Virus record (IMG/VR): IMGVR_UViG_2663763243_000005
Location: 1-64,000 of that record
Length of the DNA stretch: 64,000 nucleotides
Strand: one strand, 5' to 3'
From: a virus
Lineage: Duplodnaviria; Caudoviricetes
The position numbers were made by a program, and so were the translations under genes. The first letter of the stretch is position 1, and each line of letters begins with the position of its first letter. Under the pieces are notes generated by a model, which was not told the DNA's origin, made no database searches, and saw only the letters and a list, made by a program, of their open reading frames with translations. Shown here piece by piece: positions 28,349 to 38,744 of the stretch.

Positions 28349-29284
28349 TTAAACCCCATCGACATAGTGAGCGGCTTTAGGAATACGCCATTCCGTGCCA
28401 CCGGTACGTAAAACGGCTGGCACTTTGAAATTAACGTTGTCTGGTGTAGCTGGTGCGAGGAAGCGCAGCGGCATCACATCGTGGCCTTTCACTACTCGCA
28501 TATCTTTTTTGTACACCACTAGACGATCTTTCTTCGCTGCCCCGGCTCCGGCCAGCAAGACATCATCATCAAAATCCATATCTTTGAAGTTGGTGCGCAG
28601 GAATTCCAGCAAGGTGACATTTGAAGCGTTATGGGTTGATAACAGGGTGCGCATCAATAATTGATGTTGTTCCGAGGGCAGAACGAAACCATTAGGGCGG
28701 TGAACCGTGACGGTATTCTTCAGGTACACCTGGTTATAAGCGGCACCAAAGAAATCAATGATCGGTTGGGTGCCCTTGGTAGGGATAGCAGCCACCAAAT
28801 CGGCCAAGGTCGCCGGAGCCGCCTCAACACCCACATTGGAACTGGTATATAGCCCCTCACCAATATCACTGTGACCGAGCAAGTAAATCTTATTCAGACC
28901 TTGTTCAACCACATCTCGTACCGCCTGACCGCGCTCCGCATCCAAATTGACGTTATTGAGCATGGCAAAACCGATTTCCTCAATGGAATAGGTGTAACCC
29001 AGTGCGGCGGTTTTGATCTCATGGAAGCCCTGATTCATGGCGATATCCACCGTCGGCACGTCAGTCGAGTTCGGGCCAAATATCTGTAACTCACCACGGG
29101 CATCAATCGAGCGGAACGCCACCACTTTTACCCAGTCTGGCGCACTGTTATCCAGTGGTAGCAATGTGCTGTACTTAAACTGCGGATATTCCAGTCGGTA
29201 AATTTCCGATTCAATATGCGCAGCTTGTTGCACCAGAAAAGAGAGCGCCGATACTGGGCTGACGTCAAATACACTTCGTTTCAT
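28349..29284 (-). CDS. Major capsid protein (DUF2184)
   Basis: GYTYSIEEI, TLLEFLR.N, RLVVY, RTGG.EWR.P.A..YVDG. Confidence 0.9.
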   Translation of the reverse strand: MKRSVFDVSPVSALSFLVQQAAHIESEIYRLEYPQFKYSTLLPLDNSAPDWVKVVAFRSIDARGELQIFGPNSTDVPTVDIAMNQGFHEIKTAALGYTYSIEEIGFAMLNNVNLDAERGQAVRDVVEQGLNKIYLLGHSDIGEGLYTSSNVGVEAAPATLADLVAAIPTKGTQPIIDFFGAAYNQVYLKNTVTVHRPNGFVLPSEQHQLLMRTLLSTHNASNVTLLEFLRTNFKDMDFDDDVLLAGAGAAKKDRLVVYKKDMRVVKGHDVMPLRFLAPATPDNVNFKVPAVLRTGGTEWRIPKAAHYVDGV

Positions 29285-29302
29285 GAATATGTTCCTTTAA
29301 TT

Positions 29303-29827
29303 TTACTCGCCGCCAGCAGCTGCAGGTGTAGATGCCAGAATGCCATCAACGCGAATTTCACCCACTTCACCGGCCACTACATCATCAACCCAGCGGACAA
29401 AATCTAATTCAACTCCGGTACCGCCTGCGGTTAACCGGCCCTGATTCCCCCCTACGGCTGTAATGACTGTTACGGTTTCGCCTGCGCTGGCACCATCGAC
29501 ACACAAGGCAAACATCGGCCCACGACGCAGTAACGACGCCACATGATCGATCTCATAACCCACTTCATAATCTGGGGGATTAGTGGGCACGCTATTGCTG
29601 AATACCGCCATCGAACGCACGGTAAAACCGATAATCTGTGCGGCGGTAGTGGTCTGCGTGACAGGTGCACAAGAACGCGCGCCCACCCCACGGATCACTG
29701 CCCGACCAAAGGACACCATTTTGGTTTCCACTCGACGCGAAACCACTTCACAGACATCCGTGGTTGAAATTTGGCCCTCGTAGGCTTTACCGCGCCATTT
29801 GGTGAATTCACTCTGAGCAATCGCCAT
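29303..29827 (-). CDS. Head decoration/cement protein
   Basis: Between scaffold and MCP; FGRAV...GFTVR...LRRG. Confidence 0.75.
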   Translation of the reverse strand: MAIAQSEFTKWRGKAYEGQISTTDVCEVVSRRVETKMVSFGRAVIRGVGARSCAPVTQTTTAAQIIGFTVRSMAVFSNSVPTNPPDYEVGYEIDHVASLLRRGPMFALCVDGASAGETVTVITAVGGNQGRLTAGGTGVELDFVRWVDDVVAGEVGEIRVDGILASTPAAAGGE

Positions 29828-31026
29828 TATTTATTCTCCGCTTGTTTGCCATAACGTTTGTCCAGCCAGCTTTGGCGCACACTGTCACGAGTCGTCTGTG
29901 CATCGCCGGTTTTGACTTTCTTCATATCGCGACCCAAATTGATGATGGAGTCATTAACCTCATTTTTATCATCCGGATCATCGTCATCCTCGCTTTCTCG
30001 CCGCTCTTCTTCGGCGTCGAAATAAGCTGCCAGGTAAGCATCCGGCGCTTTATCCCATGAGGGGTATTTGCGGCATTTGATCCCGGCACTGTCCAGCGCG
30101 GCACGCTTGATTTTTAGTGGGTCTACCGCATCACAGCTAAATTCTGCACCGGCAATTTTGATAGCAGAGTCACGCGCTGCCACCACATCGGCCAGCCGTT
30201 TCGAAATCGCATCCTCAGACGATTTTTCTTTTAATGCCTCGATTTCTTCATCTTTGGCATCGGCTTTGGCTTCGGCTTCCTCTTTTTTCTGTTCAGCTTC
30301 ATCCTTGGCGGCTTCGGCTTTTTCCTGCCCTTCCTCTGCGTCGCTGACACGTTTTTTTAGCGCATCCATCGATGATTGGATCAGCTGCTGGGTCGCTTCG
30401 TCAGCCACCTCTACGCGCACGCCGGAATCCAGCACAACTTTATACATGGGGGTTACTCCCTTGGGTTTACGGTCAAATAACCGCGCCAGGTGTCCGGCTC
30501 TGGCCTGATCACACAGTGCGATATGGTTGATGGTGATGGTGCATTGAATAAATTCGTAGGCAGTACCGCAGGGCGCGATACCGGGGGCATAACGGTATTC
30601 AGAGGTGTAACCGGCGGATAATTCCTCTTTATTTTGGTTGATGGCATCAATGGCGTACTGATCTTTAATCAGCAGATCGACCACCACATAATCAGGGTCA
30701 TCGCTATCCTGTCGCCCTGGCGAAATAGCATGCCCTGCGGTGACTTGCTTAAAGGTTTGGGCATTCACCAAATCATCAGGGTGATCAATGGTGACGTCTT
30801 TATTGTCATAACTGGCCAGACTTACCGGATCAAATACCTCCGCCGGTGGCCGGTACACATTGACAATTTGACCGGGTGGCCTGTCTTTTAATCCCAATTC
30901 AGAGGCGAGATATTGCTGCACACCGACGCGCGCAACCCGCCCGGGGACTTTTAAATAGCCCTCAGGAGTCATTTCTCGTTGGGAATTAATCGGAAAGGAC
31001 ACGCGGTCACGAACAGTGATCCGCAT
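29827..31026 (-). CDS. Capsid maturation protease/scaffold (DUF2213)
   Basis: TPEGYL, ARVGVQ.Y, VYRPP.EVF, T.DHP, ELSAGY, NHIAL..ARAG. Confidence 0.9.
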   Translation of the reverse strand: MRITVRDRVSFPINSQREMTPEGYLKVPGRVARVGVQQYLASELGLKDRPPGQIVNVYRPPAEVFDPVSLASYDNKDVTIDHPDDLVNAQTFKQVTAGHAISPGRQDSDDPDYVVVDLLIKDQYAIDAINQNKEELSAGYTSEYRYAPGIAPCGTAYEFIQCTITINHIALCDQARAGHLARLFDRKPKGVTPMYKVVLDSGVRVEVADEATQQLIQSSMDALKKRVSDAEEGQEKAEAAKDEAEQKKEEAEAKADAKDEEIEALKEKSSEDAISKRLADVVAARDSAIKIAGAEFSCDAVDPLKIKRAALDSAGIKCRKYPSWDKAPDAYLAAYFDAEEERRESEDDDDPDDKNEVNDSIINLGRDMKKVKTGDAQTTRDSVRQSWLDKRYGKQAENK

Positions 31027-31037
31027 AATATATCCTG

Positions 31038-31991
31038 TTAGTAATCAAGCCCCTTGATTTGGGGAATTGCATGACAGCGGCAACCAATATGGGCTCTGCC
31101 GGGGAATAATCCGCTTTCACCGTGATAAGCCGCGCCCCGCGACCAAAGATAAATACCCACGCCATAACCCACATTGCTGCGGGAAATTTCAAAGCATTTG
31201 ATTGTGGCCCGAGGGTATTTACCGGCAGGGTTGCCTGACACTCTTACATCTTGCGAGGTAGACCAGCGGAAACGGTTAATTCCTGCGCCGACCTGCCGAG
31301 TGTGAGTAATATCACTGCGGATTTTGGCGGTTTGGTCGCGGGAAATAAGATGCGCACGCTGATAGCTGGCACCGGTCACTTGCTGGAGATTTCTGACCAT
31401 GGTGCTGAGCGAGTCACCGCGCATGATGCTGTCCATCACTTCCCGCTGAATATCATCGAAATAATCAGCGGACAGCGACTTAATCAGGGCGACATTACTT
31501 TCGACCGAGGCATCGAAATAATCCACTAATGATTCATTGACCATTAATGAGGTCATATCAATACCGATAGCGCGATTAATTTGCTCAACAAATGCCGCAG
31601 AGCTTTCAGATTCTGCGCGACTCACCACTTGCCGGGCTAATCGGTCAGCCTGACGGCCCATCACTGAACTATTAAATTTGTCGGCGGCCTGCCTGATTGA
31701 CTGTTTGATGATATCGACCAGATAACTATCAGCGGTGTAATTACGGCGCAGAATTGGTGTTAATACTTCATCAATCGACTGGGCCATCATCCGAACCATT
31801 TCACGTAACTGAGCACGATAATAACGTTCGGTTTCATCTGTCAGTTTAACTGGCCTGAGTTGTGCCCTCCGGCGCGGCGGCTGGGTTTTTATCATCGCCT
31901 GAAGTGTTGCCAAGCCGGAATTGATAATCACCTTGTCGCTCGGCTGACTCATCATCTTCAAGTCGGGTGATGTCATTTTCTTGAATACCAT
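31038..31991 (-). CDS. Minor head protein (Mu gpF/SPP1 gp7 family)
   Basis: RA.LISRDQTAK, F.WSTS.D.RV, PG...GCRC.A.P; true start probably later than the ORF start. Confidence 0.88.
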   Translation of the reverse strand: MVFKKMTSPDLKMMSQPSDKVIINSGLATLQAMIKTQPPRRRAQLRPVKLTDETERYYRAQLREMVRMMAQSIDEVLTPILRRNYTADSYLVDIIKQSIRQAADKFNSSVMGRQADRLARQVVSRAESESSAAFVEQINRAIGIDMTSLMVNESLVDYFDASVESNVALIKSLSADYFDDIQREVMDSIMRGDSLSTMVRNLQQVTGASYQRAHLISRDQTAKIRSDITHTRQVGAGINRFRWSTSQDVRVSGNPAGKYPRATIKCFEISRSNVGYGVGIYLWSRGAAYHGESGLFPGRAHIGCRCHAIPQIKGLDY

Positions 31992-33231
31992 AAACCCCTT
32001 GCTCCATCAGCTTACGGGCGACCTGCGACGGCAACACCACTTTTTGCTGGAGGCGAATATCATCAGCCTGTGCATCAGCCAGTCGCTGGGCCGATATCTC
32101 GCTATCAGTTGGTTGTGACAGTGGCGCAAAAGTAAAATCCAGACCATTTGGCATGGTGCCAAGGGTCGAACGTACCAGCACCTCATCCAGTTTTTTTAGG
32201 AACGGGCGGTATTTCGCCTCCTGATCCCCTTTGATGGTGCTGAAATAATTGTTCTGGTCACCCTGCCCTGAATCGCCCATACCTTTGGCCTGTACGCCGA
32301 AGATACGAGTCATCGGAATACCTGATGCGCCTGCCGTCCACTCCATCAGCACCGCCAACACCTCCCCCAAGCCACCGAAAGAGATTTGTTTGCGATCAAG
32401 GGTTTCTTTGGAATCCAGTAACGCCAGCCGAAATAGCGATTTCATCATGCCGAAAGTGTTATAGCGTTTGGCTATCGCCTCATCCATATCGCCAGAAGCT
32501 AAATCAGTGGCCAGATTTTCTTTACTGATGGTGTCGATATTGGCTTCGAGAATTAGTGAAGAAATCCCCCCTTTGGCGGCAACGGCATCTTTCACATCCT
32601 CAAGGCAGCGCCTCAAGCGGCTATCATCCCAGCCGCCGTTAATCATGCGTAAACGCATCGGCAAGGCCGCACCGGGCGCTCGCACAAAATGGCTGAAATG
32701 GATTTTCTGCTGACCGCCGTTTACCAGGTAGTAATCCGGCTGCATAAAGTTCTCAGCCAGCGGGTTAGAAACGTTGTATTGCTGCCCATTGATCAACATG
32801 CGATCCAACACCAACAAACGCTTAAGTGAGCCTTTCTTGATATTCTTTAATTCCAATTCATGAGACAGGTCTTGGTCGGTCAGCATCAATATCCCCGCCC
32901 CGCCATACAATCCGGCCCATTTAAAGGACTCTTGGGTGACCCCCTGAATATTGAACTGGTTTTCAGCATTGCGTAGTGCGGTAGCATCATCTGACGGAAA
33001 TGAGCGCCATTCGCGGGTGGCGTCATCAACCGGAATATCAATAATCGAACGGGCGATCCAGTTTTCGGTATAAGCGGCCTCTAGCTCAGCAAAATCTTGC
33101 ATCGCGCCATACATAAAGCGGCTATACATGCGCCGGTCACGGTCGGTACCCATGCCCGTCATCACATTCGACAAACCATCAGCAGTCAGGCGAATGCGGG
33201 GTTTACCGCCAAAATCCAGTTTTTCACTCAT
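31846..33231 (-). CDS. Portal protein (DUF1073)
   Basis: W.ARSIID.P.DDATREW, GASGIP.TR.FG.QA.G; follows TerL. Confidence 0.88.
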   Translation of the reverse strand: MSEKLDFGGKPRIRLTADGLSNVMTGMGTDRDRRMYSRFMYGAMQDFAELEAAYTENWIARSIIDIPVDDATREWRSFPSDDATALRNAENQFNIQGVTQESFKWAGLYGGAGILMLTDQDLSHELELKNIKKGSLKRLLVLDRMLINGQQYNVSNPLAENFMQPDYYLVNGGQQKIHFSHFVRAPGAALPMRLRMINGGWDDSRLRRCLEDVKDAVAAKGGISSLILEANIDTISKENLATDLASGDMDEAIAKRYNTFGMMKSLFRLALLDSKETLDRKQISFGGLGEVLAVLMEWTAGASGIPMTRIFGVQAKGMGDSGQGDQNNYFSTIKGDQEAKYRPFLKKLDEVLVRSTLGTMPNGLDFTFAPLSQPTDSEISAQRLADAQADDIRLQQKVVLPSQVARKLMEQGVYGIQENDITRLEDDESAERQGDYQFRLGNTSGDDKNPAAAPEGTTQAS

Positions 33232-33233
33232 CG

Positions 33234-34877
33234 TTAAACCCACTTGTCATAACTGATGCTGCCACCAGCAATTAATTCGATCTCTATCGAATCCATAATT
33301 GTATCGAGGATGTCGTCGTTTTTATGGCTATCATCTGCTGAGAAATCAGCGCATTCCGTCAGTGCAGGCAGCACCCAATCCGTCGAGGCAGCCACCGCGC
33401 CATCCCAGTAATACACCTGCGGGATTTTTTGACCGTCGTCAGTCATCAGTGCCGGAAGATAGACACAACCGGTTTTCATCTGCGGAATGGTATTCAGGCA
33501 ACGGATCAGCTTATTTTGGCCTGAGCCGCGCGGGATGGTCAGAATGGGAATACTTTTACGTTTTACCAGCGTGGTAATCAGACCTTGCCCGGCTTGCTTA
33601 TCCTCAATCCCCATATGGCGTAATGGCGCGGGGCGTTTCGGATTATACGGCCGCCATTTCTCCCATAAGTCTTGCGCGGTGGTCAGTAAGTCCTCCGGAT
33701 CCCAGCGGCCACGCACACTGTCAATAATGTAGAGATTGCCATCAACCCCCATCCCCACCAGGGTAAAGACGGTGTAATCGTTGTAATCTTCAATTTTGCC
33801 GGAGTTGGTATCGACATAAACGGCGCGGTGAGTCAGCGGGGGTAAGTGGGTGTAGCGTTTAAACCAGTCGGTATCAATTAACCCGCCAGTCAATGCCCGT
33901 GGGCGCTGCATATATTGCGACATGAAAGTGTATTCGTCGCTTTCCCACAACCGCAGCAAATCACCGACATATTCGTTTACCGGCCAGTAAGACCAATAAC
34001 GCACCCCGCCGACCACCACACTTTCACTATTTTTTACCGAGAACCAACATTGTGAGCGCCACGGCTCCGGCAACGCATCAATGTATTCTTCACTGACCAG
34101 CGCCGGAATGGTGATGTGGTGAAAATCCACTCCCATCTTGCCGGACAGCATAAATCCGGTAGCGTCATCGGTATGAAGTCGCTGCTGGATAGAAACAAAC
34201 GGGGTTGGATGCTCTTTGCTCTTATCACCGCGCCGTGAGCGGATGGTGTTCACTAAGATACGGTTCGCACTGGCCCGTTTGGTGGCCGAAAACATATCTT
34301 CGGGTTTGTTGTAATCATCCAGCCCAACAAAACCGGAAAAATCAGGTCCGGGAAAACCTGCACGACCACCAGTTAATTGCCCACCGCTGGAGCGGGAAAC
34401 CGTCTGCCCCACCATCCGGCCACGGCTATTAACAATTTCCCACTCTTCTGCCTGATTAATACCAAAACGGCAAGGCCACAGTGATTGATACTCAGGGCTG
34501 GCGATAATATCGCGGGTGCGGCGGCTATTGCGTTTTACCAGTGTGTCAGCAAACGACACATTGAGATTACGAAAGCGTCGTAACTGGCCGGTCTGCACCA
34601 ACATATTGATATAGGCTGGCAAATGAACCGAAATAAACTCGGTTTTAGTCCCACCAGGCGGTACATTCACAATCAGGTTGCGCGGTTGCAGCCGGTTATT
34701 GACCAAATCATCCAGCTTTGCGGCCATCATTTTATGATGCCAGTTCACCAATAGTCGGTCACTCTGCAACAGCTCAAACCAAATACGAGTGAAATTAAGA
34801 AAAGACTTTTCCGATCGGGATTTCAGGGCGACACGCGACGGGAAATCCAGATTTTCCCATTCGAGAATATCGCTCAT
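33234..34877 (-). CDS. Terminase large subunit
   Basis: Walker A-like NVPPGGTKT, QQRLH.DD, nuclease VYVDT and DDILD. Confidence 0.92.
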   Translation of the reverse strand: MSDILEWENLDFPSRVALKSRSEKSFLNFTRIWFELLQSDRLLVNWHHKMMAAKLDDLVNNRLQPRNLIVNVPPGGTKTEFISVHLPAYINMLVQTGQLRRFRNLNVSFADTLVKRNSRRTRDIIASPEYQSLWPCRFGINQAEEWEIVNSRGRMVGQTVSRSSGGQLTGGRAGFPGPDFSGFVGLDDYNKPEDMFSATKRASANRILVNTIRSRRGDKSKEHPTPFVSIQQRLHTDDATGFMLSGKMGVDFHHITIPALVSEEYIDALPEPWRSQCWFSVKNSESVVVGGVRYWSYWPVNEYVGDLLRLWESDEYTFMSQYMQRPRALTGGLIDTDWFKRYTHLPPLTHRAVYVDTNSGKIEDYNDYTVFTLVGMGVDGNLYIIDSVRGRWDPEDLLTTAQDLWEKWRPYNPKRPAPLRHMGIEDKQAGQGLITTLVKRKSIPILTIPRGSGQNKLIRCLNTIPQMKTGCVYLPALMTDDGQKIPQVYYWDGAVAASTDWVLPALTECADFSADDSHKNDDILDTIMDSIEIELIAGGSISYDKWV

Positions 34878-35091
34878 GTGGTGATCCTGTGGGGTGGTGT
34901 TTTTGTGCCATTAACCCAATTAGTATTTAGAGTTTCCTACTTAATGTTTTTACAAAAAACAAGTAGTGTCAGTAATAGCATGATAAAATTATACTTTCGT
35001 TATAACTATTGAGTAATTAATTAGGTTTTAGTATGTTTTTTCATCAGAAAAAATACACGTAACCTTCGTGATTACATTTCCCTGACCTCTT

Positions 35092-35472
35092 GTGGAGAGC
35101 ATTGTTATGTCAAAAAATAAAATGAAAAACGCTAATAGATTCCACATCGAAAAATATAAATGTGGTGAATGCACTACTGATTACGAATGTTCGGATGTCG
35201 AAAACAGTTGGACATGCCCAAAATGTGGTTTTCGCATCGATATTTATGCGGAAGATGACTCTGGGGAAAGAGGCGTATTCGTTCGCAAAAGAGCTGATGA
35301 GGTTGAAGTCGGCGATTTAGTCCGCCCTTATGGATTTCCGATAAATAAAGATTTTCAAGTCCTTGGAATACACAATTTAAAGGGTGGAATTCTTGGTATA
35401 GGTTTGAAAGAATACACTCAAATTAAATTAACCCCAGATGAATGCGTTAGTTGCCGAGTCGGAGGATGGTAA
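35092..35472 (+). CDS. Hypothetical Cys-rich (zinc ribbon) moron
   Basis: CGEC and CPKC; antisense insertion between terS and terL. Confidence 0.7.
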   Translation: MESIVMSKNKMKNANRFHIEKYKCGECTTDYECSDVENSWTCPKCGFRIDIYAEDDSGERGVFVRKRADEVEVGDLVRPYGFPINKDFQVLGIHNLKGGILGIGLKEYTQIKLTPDECVSCRVGGW

Positions 35473-35601
35473 GTACTCGTCGCTTAACGACATAATCATT
35501 TTATACAGAAAAGGTGGCTGTAGTAAAAACAGACAGTCGCCACTTTCATTCAATCTTGCGTGTTTTTAAATTTAAGTACCAATTAACGATTTAATCCTGA
35601 C

Positions 35602-36609
35602 TCAATCCAACCCCGGCAATTTACCCTCTAGCATCTGCTGTGCTTTCGCATAATCTTCTGGCGTGTAACTCACCTGGCTAATGGCACCACCATCAGGGCC
35701 GCTGATTTCGGTCTTATTTTTCAGCATACCCAAATGCTGCCCAACCATTTTTAGCGCGTCGTCCTGATTACGGGTAATGACTTCTAAGCCAAACTTACCT
35801 TGCTTAACACCGGCATAAAGGCGGCGTGCCGAAATCGATAAATCCCGCGAATCGTGGAAATGCGCCCTGCCTTGCCCCTCACCATTGCAACGTGGGCAAT
35901 CTGGATTAGGATCGAGCGTACTGTCAAAACCGTAACCGCCATCATCCAGTGGCGCAGGTTTACCGTTATTGGTTCTTTTCTCTGACTCTTCCTGATATTC
36001 CTGCTCGTTAATCCACTGGTATTTATTATCAATCCCCCAGCAGTGACGACAACATAAACGGCGAAACTCTGAAATTTCGTTGGCATTAGCCGTGGCGATA
36101 TCCCACCACCAATTTAAAACGGCATCCTGCGTGATATGCGTCCGTTTTTCTCTGGCTTCCATAGCATCGCGGATGGCTTTGTTTACCGATACATGGCGAT
36201 ACAACCGACGGGCAGCGGCAGCACCGGTTAATCCCTCGCATTTATATCCGGCCCGTTTATATGCCGCCGTCTTATCTAAATCAATTAAATACTCACTAAC
36301 AAATTTCGCCTGCATATCGTTAAGCCCGTATCTACTGGCGATAGAGCTGCTTTCTTCAATTTGATTTTCAATTTCAGGCAATTCTATATTTTCAATTTTC
36401 GAAATTGATTTTTTATCTTTGGTTCGCAGGTTCGCACCGGAATTATGCGAACCTGTTTTGCGAACCTTTTCGGGCTTAGGCCATTCATCAGCTTTAGCCC
36501 TCTTCCGTACTGCGGTATCACTTACACCGTGCTTTTCAGCTAACGCACGAATTGAAAGTGGCCCAGCACAGTATTCGTGCTCTATCGCCTCCCAATCCGG
36601 CTTTTTCAT
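35602..36609 (-). CDS. Terminase small subunit with zinc-finger insertion
   Basis: N-terminal HTH KPDWEAIE, FV.EYL.DL..TAAY.RAGY, CCRHCWG...CPRCNGEG. Confidence 0.88.
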   Translation of the reverse strand: MKKPDWEAIEHEYCAGPLSIRALAEKHGVSDTAVRKRAKADEWPKPEKVRKTGSHNSGANLRTKDKKSISKIENIELPEIENQIEESSSIASRYGLNDMQAKFVSEYLIDLDKTAAYKRAGYKCEGLTGAAAARRLYRHVSVNKAIRDAMEAREKRTHITQDAVLNWWWDIATANANEISEFRRLCCRHCWGIDNKYQWINEQEYQEESEKRTNNGKPAPLDDGGYGFDSTLDPNPDCPRCNGEGQGRAHFHDSRDLSISARRLYAGVKQGKFGLEVITRNQDDALKMVGQHLGMLKNKTEISGPDGGAISQVSYTPEDYAKAQQMLEGKLPGLD

Positions 36610-36688
36610 TTTTTACTCACACAATTGGTGTTGAACCATTCCCAGTATATTCTGTTAACTCTCACATCAAAGAACTGGGAGGTTCGAC

Positions 36689-37123
36689 ATGTCAGGTTAT
36701 TCAAACTTATGGCACAGCATAGAGAATCACGTCAATGAAGTCCGTAGCATCAAAAACGTTGGCTACATAGATGTAAATGACAGCCTAAAAGTCGCTAATA
36801 GGACAATGCAGATATTTATACTGGATGTTTTCTTACATGAACATAGTAAGAAATACGGTTCGGGTGTATTCCCTTTAAAAGGTAAGAATGCCCTGCACCA
36901 CAAAATCCTGATGAAATACAAATGGCCGCTGTCCGTTATACGGGAGATGAGCCTAAATGATTCCCTTTTTGTTCTTCAGGACGAGCTGACTATTGCGAAC
37001 CTACCTGAAGATGCTCAGAAGTATTTGTCGCATCAGGAAGGGACGGTTCAGATTGCTTTTGATGATCTACTGGATGATGAGTGGAATCCAGCTTTTGGCG
37101 AACTATTCCTGCAAAGGCAATAG
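36689..37123 (+). CDS. Phage-associated hypothetical protein (ECs1072-like)
   Basis: PLKGKNALHHKI..KYKW..S.IR.MSL.D.LFVLQDEL; GGGAGG RBS. Confidence 0.65.
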   Translation: MSGYSNLWHSIENHVNEVRSIKNVGYIDVNDSLKVANRTMQIFILDVFLHEHSKKYGSGVFPLKGKNALHHKILMKYKWPLSVIREMSLNDSLFVLQDELTIANLPEDAQKYLSHQEGTVQIAFDDLLDDEWNPAFGELFLQRQ

Positions 37124-37324
37124 TACTGACTTCTTGGTACTCATTGCTTAATTCAGCAAGCTTTTCATTCAAATGTATTTGCTGATTTTCATTTGAAATA
37201 AGATGGCCGAGAGCTAATAGTTGCTCGGCCAGCCAATTGCTTAACTCATGATTATTCAAATTTCCGGAATAAATATAGGGTTTGTTCATATCATTTTCCT
37301 TATGGATGAAATGACAATAGGTAA

Positions 37325-37588
37325 CTATTGTTGAGGTTTTAAATGTTCCAGCAAGAAAATCATGGCTCGCGTGTCGCCTTTCTTGGCTTTGATAAAGAGA
37401 GAATTGGATATATCCGCTATCCCTTTGGCTTTTCCCCGGCGAACAGCCAGCCGGTAAAGCGAGATTGCTGATTTATCTTTCCTTAAATTATCAATGTCGA
37501 TTTCCAGTGTGTCGGCTATCTGCTGTTCCGTTAATCCACGCCCTGCAAATGCTTCGACTTTATCGAGCGTCGGCTTATCCATCGTCAT
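37325..37588 (-). CDS. Small HTH protein resembling a minimal terminase small subunit
   Basis: GLTEQQIADTLEI...RGKAKG...LF.KAK.GD..AMIFLL. Confidence 0.7.
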   Translation of the reverse strand: MTMDKPTLDKVEAFAGRGLTEQQIADTLEIDIDNLRKDKSAISLYRLAVRRGKAKGIADISNSLFIKAKKGDTRAMIFLLEHLKPQQ

Positions 37589-38199
37589 GCCCTCTTTGGA
37601 TAGGGTTTATGACGTGATATCAGGATTTTTTTCATTTTCTTGTCGAGGGGCATCAGGTATTTATGCTTTCCTGATGTTTTGAACTCTTGGGCGTTGGGAT
37701 CTAAATGCTGTCGAATTGATTCAAGGTTTTGCTTTACCCCTTTGGCAGAAACACTGCGCGGGTGGGTTTTCTTACCTTTGATGATGAATGCGCCCACAGT
37801 TCCTGTACCAAACAGCCCCTCATATATCCAATTGGTAGCCTGATAAATTCCGCCATGATGATTTTGGTCTTTATCTGCATAGGAGACGATTAGCCGCAGA
37901 CCGGGGCAAACATCAGCGAGAAATTTAATCGCTTTTGCCAATATCTGACTAACTGGCGATATGTGTTGGCGTAGTGCCACACGGGTAAGTTCGCACACTT
38001 GATCCTGCTGCAAACTGTAAGGTTGCCCGATATGGTTATTGGCACCGCGGCTAAAAATAACGACACCAATAAATTTCCCATCTTCCCATGCACCCACTTT
38101 TACCAATTTTCCGACCGGCACCGCCTTTGCATAATGCCAGTTAAGGCAGGCAAAGCTGGCAGCCTGATGAGTCGCCCAATCCACCGTGAGTGTTGTCAT
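37585..38199 (-). CDS. Mom-like DNA modification protein (GNAT fold)
   Basis: WHY, ELTRVAL, IVSYAD.DQ.H.G.IYQATNWIY.G, KHKYL. Confidence 0.85.
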   Translation of the reverse strand: MTTLTVDWATHQAASFACLNWHYAKAVPVGKLVKVGAWEDGKFIGVVIFSRGANNHIGQPYSLQQDQVCELTRVALRQHISPVSQILAKAIKFLADVCPGLRLIVSYADKDQNHHGGIYQATNWIYEGLFGTGTVGAFIIKGKKTHPRSVSAKGVKQNLESIRQHLDPNAQEFKTSGKHKYLMPLDKKMKKILISRHKPYPKRA

Positions 38200-38705
38200 A
38201 AAACACCCCCACAGTGTGGGCAGAGTTTGGCGTCCAGGTGATCGAGCTTTCCCTGATCATCTTCGTTACCAGGCAGAAAATCGACATTCAACATTTGATC
38301 GATTTCATCAGACGAAAATCCGGTTAGACCAAGGTCAAAATTTTCTGCCAATAAATCACTTAACTCTAAAGTTAAGAGATCCTGATCCCACCCGGCATTC
38401 AGCGGCAATTTATTGTCAGCAAGACGATAGGCTTTTTTCTCAGACTCCGTTAACCCAGATAATGTGATGGTAGGAACTTGTTCAATACCCAACTGTTCCG
38501 CTGCCAATAAACGACCATGACCCGCAATTACCTCACCCCGTTCATCAATAAGGATCGGGTTTGTCCAACCGAACTGTTTAATACTCGCTGCAACTTCATC
38601 TACTTGCTCCGCTGAGTGTGTTCTCGCATTTTTTGCGTAAACAATCAACGAATTGAGTAATTTATAGGCTATCTCTAATTTATTCTGATTTTTTACTATG
38701 GTCAT
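38196..38705 (-). CDS. ParB/Srx N-terminal domain protein
   Basis: NARTHS..QV..VAASIKQFGWTNPILIDE...IAGHGRL.AA, YRLADNKL, C-terminal CPHCG. Confidence 0.88.
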   Translation of the reverse strand: MTIVKNQNKLEIAYKLLNSLIVYAKNARTHSAEQVDEVAASIKQFGWTNPILIDERGEVIAGHGRLLAAEQLGIEQVPTITLSGLTESEKKAYRLADNKLPLNAGWDQDLLTLELSDLLAENFDLGLTGFSSDEIDQMLNVDFLPGNEDDQGKLDHLDAKLCPHCGGVL

Positions 38706-38744
38706 TTTGCATGTTCCAACTATTATGACCCTGCTCTCGAGAGC

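Noticed and set aside
30068-30508. Numerous antisense/shadow ORFs over structural genes (e.g. 30068-30508, 46085-46549, 48831-49262, 61362-61745)
   Set aside because: They lie opposite well-supported genes and show no motifs or RBS.
31846-33243. Anti-CBASS Acb1 label sometimes attached to DUF1073 proteins
   Set aside because: Position after TerL and motifs indicate a portal protein; no separate 2H-phosphoesterase domain is seen.
36990-37289. 99-aa minus-strand ORF overlapping the 36689-37123 gene
   Set aside because: It has an RBS and may be a truncated phage gene, but the 134-bp convergent overlap and lack of motifs leave it unsupported.
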